From: the human T2T-CHM13v2.0 reference genome, Homo sapiens | DNA length: 64,000 bases | Direction: 5' to 3' (one strand) | Assembly: GCF_009914755.1 (NCBI RefSeq) | Contig: NC_060936.1 | Shown here: one piece after another, positions 54,281-64,000 of the stretch | Position numbering within the stretch: position 1 is the first letter of the stretch | Layout: each line of letters starts with the position of its first letter | Translations under genes and position numbers: made by a program | The notes under the pieces: model-generated | The model's input: the letters and a program-made list of their open reading frames with translations, nothing else | What the model was told of the DNA's origin: nothing | Databases searched by the model: none

Positions 54281-57200
54281 ACTCTATGAATATGGGTTAT
54301 TTTCATTAACAAAAGAATAAAACACTAGGAGAAGGAAGGCAAGAGAGTTTCAAAAAGAAGATCTGTTTCTTTCAAGGCATAGATCCAAGCCCAGCTGAAG
54401 CCCAGGTCTCTAGTGGCTGCACAACCTTGTGTCTATAAGGGGCCTGTCTGTGCTAAAGACAAAGTGGCAGGTTCCCCCTGTGACTGAGCAAGAGTCAGTG
54501 CAATAACTCGTCACAGTCATCTTGTGAGCTGGGAAAATGCTCAATACAGTAACTCGATTGCCTAGAGACCATATGTCCCCAAATGAGACAGCTCAGATCA
54601 CCACTGAATCTTAAGAGAAGCTGCATCTATGCTTTCTGGATATGTTGTTTTGATTTCAAAAAATGTTTAAGGCAAATACAAGTGTGGTTTTTAAAAAAGA
54701 AACAATAACAACATAAAAGCAAAGCATATACGCCTCGGTGGATTTAGAAAAATCAGACTACAAAAAATGCTGACTTTTCTCTACACTCACTAGATAGCAT
54801 GTCTTACAATATCGTACATTCCTTTTCCCATAAAAATAAATAAAAATATGATAAATCAACATGGCAACCCAAAATGAATTGACTAAAGAAAAACACAAGC
54901 TGACCAGAAGAGCTGAGACACGCATTATAGCCCCTGTAAGTGTTTCAGACAGCAGCTGCAGACTGTTCCCAGACACTCTGATAATGGAGAACATAATTAG
55001 TTTTCTTCAGCAAAGAAAAATAGAAGAACTGATGAGGTCAAAACCCATAAGTTAATTCAATTTAATGAATATTAGTGTTTGTTTCAATAAATCCCATGTG
55101 CTCAAAACTGCAGGTCACAGAAGACATGCAAAACACAAAGAACAGGCAGGGCATCCAGGTAATCACTCATTCATTCATTCACCTACTACTTATTATGCAC
55201 TGAGTGTGTGTCAAAGACTACGTGCTAAACTTTGGGAATGAAGGTGAATAAGATGCAGTTTCTGTCCATAAGAATCTCATGGTCTTGTGGCAAGAGACAG
55301 CAGCAAATTATCCCAGCACATCTTATCAGTACTTGGAAGAGGACACACAGACTGCCACCTAGAGAGATAATTGGAAGGGTGGGTGGGGTGCAAGACAGCA
55401 GGTAGAGGGGGATAGAAGAATTTCTAAGGTCAAGGTGTAAACTGAGAATCGAAGGACTAGAAGGATTTATTCAGACAAGCAAAAGGCTAAGCAACATCAT
55501 TCCCAAACACCACAGGCCAGTGCCAGTCCACAGCTATTTCTTCAATTGTCTCTGGCAAAATGAGGAAAATATAGGCAATGTGTGAGGTTTTCATAGTTTA
55601 TTTTAATTAGTGGTCTTTATTCTGAGATGATGTCCTTTCTACTTTTTAAAATGTTAACATATAAAGGCTTCAATGAAATGGTGGTATTTTATAATTTCCT
55701 TATTGCTGTAATACAAAATCATCAACACTATTCATGTTTTTATTTATTTGGCAATTCTCTAGCCCATTAAATCCTAAATTTGGGAAACTGTGCATGATGC
55801 ATCAACAGAATCACCAGTACTTGGCACGATCAATCAGCAGAGTACACACAGCAAGCAAATAAACAATAATAGTTTATGTAGGAGATTAATTGCATAAAGT
55901 AGGCAAGACCTCCATTGCAAAGGACTTTAAATGGCTGGCTAGGAAATTTAGGCTTCATCCCATAGTCAAAAAGGATGAAGGTGACTGTCAAAATTGAGGA
56001 ATTAGTCAGTGGGCAAGTCCCCTACACTTTTTCTCTGGTGCTCCTTTCTAAAATGTTGATGCTGATAAGCACCCAACCTACCAGGCTTTGTGGGTACATA
56101 AACCACAACTGAGATGAGCTGATGATGTTCCCCATAAATTCTAGTGTGTTGCCCCAAAGGTAGAGGGTTAACGTTAATAAAACCCTCCCTCTCCTCTAAA
56201 TAAACGTATAAACTAACCAGCTGTTAAAATCTCCCCTCCTGGCTCTTTCTCCTGGATCACCTTTGGCCAGGATACTGCCTACCAGGGTCCTAGAATAGGA
56301 CATGAAGTGAAGAAAACCAAAAGACACTTCTTAGGTTCTAATAAATGAATGGCACATCTTTCCCCAGACTTTGATTTTTATTTGTGATGGAGGACCACCT
56401 AGTAGCAATCTACTAAGTTAATTTTAAGAGTTATTAAAATTCAGTATTCAAACACCAGAACTGCCACATGTGAGAGTTTACCAAGGATTCTCATTCAACA
56501 TTCTCCAAAGAAGCCTGGCTGCTGAGCAGCAGTTGGCAACAGAACAATGCTTCCTTTGTGCACAGACACATGCACGGTTTGGAAATTCCCACAATTGTCG
56601 GAAAAGACATGTTTTTTCAGTGCATCATTAGTGTTATGGGGACTTGGCTACGATTTTCAATTGCTATTGCTCTTGTTGGTAAATATAAATTAGTCATTGC
56701 TGGATTAAGCAAAAGCAGATTGTTTGTATTTGGTGTGGCAACCAAGTAGTGGCGTGACGGAAATGAAAAAAAAAAAAAAACAATAAATTTGTAAAAATAA
56801 TTTGGTATTTAAATTACTAAAAGCATTAAAGTGGTCCCGATGGACACAAGCAAAACTTTACTAAACTGAGTATACCATATTCTTTTCAATGCTGAAGTCT
56901 TCTAAAAGTTTTAATCAGAACTTTTAGTTAGTTTAGCAAAAAACTTTCATTTCTTGTGAATTACTGGTCTAACCCTTTGGTATACAGAGATGATAATTTA
57001 CATTGATATTTTATGCCATAATTTTGGAATAACTTTTAAATTTGAGACATATCTGTAAAATTTACAGTTTAAATATGAATCATCTATAAATGCGCTGGTA
57101 GAGTCCGAGCTCATGGAGGCAGGCCATACCGAATGTGAATTCTGGCCCTATCTCCTACTACATATGAGACCTTGAGTATGTTCCATAGCCTCTCTAAGCC

Positions 57201-59904
57201 TTAGTTTTCGCAACTGCACAATAGAAATTAAATAGTACCTCCCTCATACATTAGTAGAGAGAACTAATAAAGCTCATACATATAAACCCCTTTGCATGGA
57301 AACTGTCACATTTCTCAACCACTTAGGCATTAGCAGCAGTAGTATTATTTAAGTTCATTTTTTTTCAACAACAGTAAAAACAGGTAAGATAAAAGGGCAA
57401 GAAAGCTCAGCGCAGTCAAGCTACCAAATAAACACACTTGAGTTTTGCCAATGAAGGAAATAGGAAAGGAACAGAACAAATGTTGGAGGAGTTATCTCCA
57501 CACAGAAACCATGAGGCATAGAAAATGGGATAATGGCCAAATACACTCAAAATGAGAAGCAAGAGGATTCTAGCCTGTGCCAAAGGGCCTGGATAAACAT
57601 TTGTCCACAAATGTCACCTATTTCAGTGAATCTAGACAACTAAGCTGGATACCCTCGATGTTCAACAACAAAAAAGAATCACTGGAACGTATACTTAATT
57701 GCACTCATATTGATGAATTTATGCATAAAGCCAATTTACCAATTTTTACGCTAATGATTTTAACTTTCACACAGGTACTGCTATATCTGGAACATGCCAG
57801 GAATGTCTATGGAGCCATGAGCATGTGTTGCCAGCAGGAAGGTGCCCCAGGCCATATGGACTGACCAATCAGTGTCCAGATACCTGACACCAGCAGATAT
57901 GTTCAACTTATGCCCTGGTATTTGCTCATAATGCAAATGTAGAAATTTTCATTCTTTAAAATGTCTATCTCTTTAAAAAATATTTTGGTTGCATTTGTTC
58001 CATGTAGGTGTGTCTATGTTTGGGTTTGTTGTAGGGTAAGGGGTGCATTTGGAATAAGCATTTTGTGGTCCTTAAAACCGTGAGTTGCTTTGTCTGAGGA
58101 GGGATAAAGGAGGCAATTAAGGATGTCAAGGAAGCTGTTTTCCCCATCCATCCAGACTCCTGCTAGCTTAATCCCACCACATGTACAAACAGCTGCTGCA
58201 AAATGGGACAGGACAGAGAAACTGACAACATGGCTACATGAAACCCTGCACTCTCCCCCTCCTTCCTCCATGCTCACTAGTACTACCCTTCACGGTATGT
58301 TTTTAGCCATCAAAGAACTCTCAAACATGATTATCCCACAAGGCCAAAATATGTTAACCCAGAGAGAAGAAAGCCAGCCAGTATGCCTCCTAACACAGTG
58401 TTTAACCTCCTCCTCAACGTATGCCATCATGGTGATAGCTTTAACTTTTCAGTCACCAGAGCATCTACTGGGAGGATCACTTGAAGACAATTCAGTGCAT
58501 AACTGATAAAACCTACAGGAACACAACAAGAATCCTATCTAACAATTTAAAGAAAAATTTAAAGAAAAAAATGGAATAACTGGCTCAATTAGCAGAAGAA
58601 AACTCAGTTCTGGTCCAGATTCCATGATATAGAGCAAGAGGACCCAAGTAGTGTCAAACCTGTCCAGTATTGAATTGTGTATCTTCCTTCTCTTCCACAA
58701 ACTTTACAAAATCATTTCCTTATTCTGGAGGATTTTCTGTTGTGTCTGTTAGATCTGCCCATTCTATGCCATTCCCATTGTTTGTACTCTAGACTGGGCT
58801 CTCGGCATGACTGTTTCTTAACTCACATCCCTGGCTCCAGGCGTACTTCTCCCAGATTCATGCTCCTAATCACAGTTACCATGTTACTTACATACTCCAG
58901 AGCTGACGATAACTCTCAAACTCCAACTGAAGCTCATCCTAACCGCCCAAGGTTTTCTTTCATTTCTCCCACTCACATAATGCTGCTCAAACCAACCATT
59001 CAGCTAACTCTCAACCAAAAACCATTTCTCAGATTTTTCTCAGGCTCAGAATATGCATGACTGTTTCTCTGCCAATTCAAATCCCACTCACCCTCAAGAT
59101 TAAGTTCAGCACTCCTCTCTGCTACCAAGTACCAGCATTTAATTGTCTGACCCACTAGTTACAATTACCTGGAGATCAGAGACTATGCCTTACACTTTCT
59201 TTATATTCTCCCTTGAAGCTGTCCTCATAGTAGAAACTCAATAATGACTCGTTGAATTTAAAAAAAAAAAGTGCTAAACAGAGTTGTAAATTCTATCACT
59301 TGCAAATAAGAAGCGTCTATTTCTGTCATTTTTCCTACTCCTTATTCATCCCCATCCCAACCACCCATCACAGACCTGTGCTTCACTGACAGAGGACTTG
59401 GTTTAGAGCAACCGTTCTTTCTCCCAGTAAGATTCATGCAGTAATCCCACTGCTAGAGAAAATATAGCAAAATTAACACGTACTGATTTTTAAAACCTAG
59501 AGAAGTTTCCTTTCTGAGCAGAACATCTATTTTTCCTCTTGCTTTCCATTTCCCCACAAGAATCTAAACTATTTTCCTTCTCTACCTCCCGTGCTCCCTC
59601 CTAAAATAATGACATTTCCAGAAACCAGATTCTTTTGATTTAAGCATCTCACAGTGAGCTGTGTTTCCTTTCAAACCGAGAACCTATAGTGAAGGGCAAG
59701 AGGAGAATATGCAGCAGCAAACCTTGAAGTAATGAGGGAACTAAACACCTCTGAACAATCCAGAAGAGATAAGAGTAGTTAGGGCAAGCAAATAAATTCA
59801 CATTCACAAACCCCTTAATGTAAAAAAAAAAAAAAAAAAATTCCCCTCACAGACAGGCAATGCTGTATGGTGAAATCATTGTTCTTAGAGTCAAAAGTCC
59901 ATCG

Positions 59905-60060
59905 GGATAAACAGATAATGCCTGAGGGGCTTAAAACTTAGATGATGGGTTGATAGGTACAGCAAACCACTATGGCACACGTTTACCTGTGTAACAAACC
60001 TGCACATCCTGTACATGTAGCCCAGAACTTAAAATAAAATTAAATTAAATATTTAAAAAA
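59905..60060 (+). mobile_element. L1PA-type extreme 3' end
   Basis: gggttgataggtacagcaaaccactatggcacacgtttacctgtgtaacaaacctgcacatcc plus A-rich tail. Confidence 0.9.
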
Positions 60061-61350
60061 GATAGAATTCTAAAAAAACTAAATACTCTGTTTAGGAAAA
60101 TAAAATAAGAATTAAATATACAAGTAAATATTCTTAAACAAGAAGTTTCAGTTCTTAATAATAACATATAAATGAGTGAAATTCAAATAAAAAATCTCAA
60201 CAAGAATCATTTGAACTTGCAAAACAATCTTAATTGTATCTGAGAGAAAAATATGACACAATAGCACAGAAAATTCTGACAAAGAAACAGTGATTGGCCC
60301 AGCATATATTAAAATGTACTATAAAGCTATGGTATGGCTTTAGAAAAGAACAAGTGAGACACAACTATGGAAGAAAAGTGGGACTTCTGAAATAGACCCA
60401 CACATATTGGATTATCTAGAATGGATGGACTTGGCATTACAAATTAGTGGGGAGAGGTGAATTTTTGTTTTTGTTTTTGTTTCAGTAACATCTTGTGGAA
60501 AAAGTTGGATCTCTACCTCACTATACTAAAACAAATCACAGATAGATCTCAAATTTACATGCAAAAAGTTAAATCATAAAAATACCAGATGAAAATGTTT
60601 TGGGCTGCACGATTCATGACTCGAAGGCTCAAAAGCTATAAAAGAAAAAACTGATGAGGTTGATTGCCTGATAATTTTTAAAGTCGTTATGGAAAAAAAA
60701 TTCAAACATAAACGTAAGCAGTCATAAGACAAATTGAGAAAAATATTTGCAACAGATGTGACAAAAACGTCTACTACATTCCCTTAACAAATAAAGAACA
60801 CTTAGTATCAAAAAAGAAAAGATGAACCACCCAAGAAGAAAGTGGCTAAGACACATGAATGTGCCCCTCGCAGGAAAAGAGAGCTGAGTCTCACTCATCA
60901 ATACAATTATAATTTTTCACCTATATATTGGCAAAATTGTTTAAAGTTGATAACATTCAGTATCGGGAAAAAAAAACAGGCTTTCTCATACACTCTTGGT
61001 CACAAAACAGATGACTTCAATTGGAACACAATTCATAAATATCAGTGTAAATCTAAATGTGCTGTCTCATGACCCAGAAATCTTTCCTTTAAGAAGCTAC
61101 TCTGTGGAGATAATTGCAGGAGCAAAAAACATGTTTCCAAGGATTTTTAAGGCATTTTTTTTATTTAAAAAAAGGAAAGGAGAAACATTATGGTCAACTC
61201 TAAAATCATTTTACATTTTATCTACTTTAAAAAATAAAACAGTATTGCTTTGTCCTACACATACTAAGTGGGCTATCTACTGATAGACGTTGTGGGTGGG
61301 AAAGAGGATATTGTTAAAAACAATTTATTACGTGATTTGATTTTTTATTT
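60060..61350 (+). mobile_element. Old L1 (L1ME-like)
   Basis: A-rich degenerate ORF2/3' motifs (gaaatagacccacacatat, gagaaaatatttgcaac). Confidence 0.65.
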
Positions 61351-61357
61351 AATAAAT

Positions 61358-61910
61358 GTGGATGGGTTATCTATTATGATATAACAAATTACCACAAACT
61401 TAGCAGCTTAAAACAGCCAAGACTTACTTTCTCACACAGTTTATGAGAGCCAGGAGTATCTCAGCTGGAGGGCTCTAGCTCAAGGTCTCTCATGAAGTGT
61501 AGTCAAGCTGTCTGCTGGGGCTGCGGTCATCGGAAGCTAAAGGATACGCTTCCTAGTTCACTTACGTGGTTGTTGGTGGCCTCAGTTCCTCACTGGCTAT
61601 CAACCAGAACTGCAGTTTTTTCGCACAAGGGTCTCTCCATAGACTGCCTGAGTGGCCTCATAGCATGGCAGCTGGTTTCCCCCAGAGCGAGTGATCCCAT
61701 AGGGAGAGAACGAGGGCACTCAAAATGGAAGCCATGGTCTTTTCATAACCTAATCTCTGAAGTGGCGTGCCATCTCTTCCATAGTATCCTATTCTATTCT
61801 AGTAGTGAGTCACTAAACGCAGCCTCCACTCGGAGACAGATGACACAAGGGCATGAATACCAGGAGTGGGGATCACTGGGACCCATCTTAGAGGTTGTGC
61901 ATCACCATGT
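61358..61910 (-). mobile_element. MLT1F-like MaLR LTR
   Basis: ttatctattatgatataacaaattaccacaaacttagcagcttaaaac...ggatcactgggacccatcttagagg. Confidence 0.8.
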
Positions 61911-61974
61911 ATAACACATGTTGAGTGTATCTAGATATTTCTGTAGACACAGCTGTAAAAATTCATACACAGTA

Positions 61975-62092
61975 AGGAGATTATATATCCCAGTTTGTTG
62001 GAAATAGTCTTAGTTTGTGCCTGTTGTCCCGGCATAATTATGGCATTTTATCTCAGGTATCCCAGTTTAAATAATGAATTATACTCTAAATA
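61975..62092. mobile_element. MER94-like DNA transposon
   Basis: atatcccagtttg...gtgcctgttgtcccggcataattat...tatcccagtttaaataatgaattata. Confidence 0.55.
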
Positions 62093-62540
62093 GGAAAACA
62101 TCTGGAAGAATAGACATCAAAATGTTAACATTATTTATCTCTAGGAAATGAAACTGATAAGACTTTTATGTTTGATTAATACACTTGCATAAGGCAACAA
62201 GTGAATTATTTTAATAAAAAAAATACACATTGGATTCTCTCTCAATAACTCAAAACATTATCACATAGATTCCACTTCAGAGACAGTGACTGTAGCCGAA
62301 AGGAAAGTCCATGGAGATTTCAGCAATGGAGAGAAATGAAAGAATCACTTCCCTTTTTGGGTGCGCAGAAGTCTCCACACGATTCATTGCTCCACTCCTG
62401 TTTCTCAGTTGTACAGGCCATAGTCTCCCTTACTATGGTATGGCTGGCATCTTTTCTAGGCTTCCACCTCTTACAGATAAAAGGGGGAATTAAGCAAGTG
62501 GGCTGTGAGAGCTAGATAGTTAAGAGAGCAAAGAATCCTA

Positions 62541-62700
62541 AAGCTAAGCCACTGGGATGAATCAGAGATGTTAGGCAGAAAAAGGAAAAAAAGAGACATC
62601 CTCCTTCCCCCTCTTTTCCCTGCCTCCTTCTCAAGCTAAGCCACTGGGATGAATCAGAGATGTCAGGCAGAGAGAGGAAAAAAAGAGACATCCTCCTTCC
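62541..62700 (+). repeat. Near-tandem duplication, 68 bp x2 with 24-bp spacer
   Basis: 62541-62608 vs 62633-62700, 3 mismatches. Confidence 0.95.
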
Positions 62701-62819
62701 TCACTGCTTTATTTGTACGGCTCTTGAGGAATGGGTGATACAAACAGCCTTTGATTTTAACAATATCAAAATAGAATAAAGTGTTAATTCACCTATACAA
62801 AATGAAATTTTATCATTTG

Positions 62820-63420
62820 CGATTCATTCCTTTGCAGTAAGACACTGCAATATAAGGGACTATCAGGCTTTGACTTGAAGCCCTGAATGCAAATGTGGAT
62901 CTTACCACAAAGGTTCAGCACAGTAAGGAAGTTTGCGAGTCCCAGAGCCAGACAGACCATTTTCTAACTATGTAACCCTAACCAAGGTCCTTAAGCTCTT
63001 TGTGGCTCAGTTTCTCCATCAAGAAAATGATGATCTTAACATCCACAAACATCCTTAAAAGAGGAGCTGATGCATAGTAAGCATTCATTAAATGCTAGCT
63101 CTGGGCATTACTGACTGCCTAACTGCCCTTAGGTAAATAATTGTTCACAGCCTGTTTCTTTGTAAAATAAGTATAATAATATCTTCTTCATTTTGCATTT
63201 GCGAATGTTAAATGATAAGACTGTGTAGAGTGCTGAAAATAGTGCCTGGCATATGGCAGACACAAAATAAATAGCAACTCTATTACTGAAAATACTATCA
63301 TTATTGTCTCAAAAATGGAGCTGATCTAGGGTTAAATTGACTGATAAAATCTGCATTAAAGCATCTAGCACTGTGCTTGCATACAGTTGGTACTCAATAA
63401 ATGTTCATTAAATCTGAACT
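62820..63420 (+). mobile_element. Cluster of MIR fragments
   Basis: Repeated MIR cores and tails (ctcagtttctccatc, agtgcctggcatatggcag, gtactcaataaatgtt). Confidence 0.65.
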
Positions 63421-64000
63421 TAATTTTCCATATTGCATCTCTGTTTTAAAAGTCCAAAGAGAATTTTTTGGACTACTTATAAGTTATAAACCTTGACACC
63501 TGATACACGAGGAGCAATCTTCTGGCTTCTTAATTGGTTCTTTCCTTTTGTAACAGAATGCTCAGTGGGATTTTATGCCAGAATTATAGTTTCAGTCCAA
63601 GGCTGGAGATGCAGCTTCTGAGTATGCTGCATGAGTTGGGAGAGCCCCTGGACATATGGCCCTCAGCAGGGCTGGGGGAAGAGTCTGACTGGCAATCCAG
63701 CGCCCCCACTATAATTGCCCTTCACCTTGGCGAACATGAAGGGAAAATTGGGAGCAAGAAAAACCTATTGAGAATGGGGATTCTTCCCTCCCCTGAAGAA
63801 GAGGGAGGCCCCAAGAGAATCAAAGTTGGGGGTACCTAGCCAGAGGGGCATCATTCATCATTCCCCATTTGGAGTCTGCTTAGCTAGGAGGTGTGTTGAT
63901 CTGACCACGAGCTTCCTAAGCAAGAAGAAAAGGAAATTTTTAAAAAGGCAGTGAAGAGTGATTCTAAATGGTGAAGAAACAGTTCAAGACATTCACGGTA

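Noticed and set aside
58123-58506. 127-aa plus-strand ORF in unique sequence
   Set aside because: No recognisable homology or splice context; length is within chance expectation.

Overview
Primate (very likely human) genomic DNA lying inside ST8SIA1 (GD3 synthase, alpha-2,8-sialyltransferase 1), which is transcribed on the minus strand. The only coding sequence I can support is one 145-bp internal exon at 31206-31350 (-), translating to KQMEDCCDPAHLFAMTKMNSPMGKSMWYDGEFLYSFTIDNSTYSLFPQ. I recognise this as ST8SIA1 exon 2; it is absent from the ORF track. The rest is intronic (intron 1 to the right, intron 2 to the left). It holds 14 Alu copies or fragments, many L2/MIR/L1 remnants, several solo LTRs, a rearranged ~7.3-kb MER4-group endogenous retrovirus and a probable 3'UTR-only retrocopy. 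Repeat subfamily names and most repeat boundaries come from recognition by eye and are approximate. The most unusual signals are: (1) a ~25-bp-phased array of TAATTA motifs with divergent spacers at ~8.1-8.35 kb; (2) a 41-bp-arm pre-miRNA-sized hairpin inside an L2 at 2058-2152; (3) the coding end of exon 2 doubling as a 3' splice site abutting its own donor; (4) candidate poison exons in intron 1; (5) the permuted or tandem ERV. None of these is demonstrated to be functional from sequence alone.
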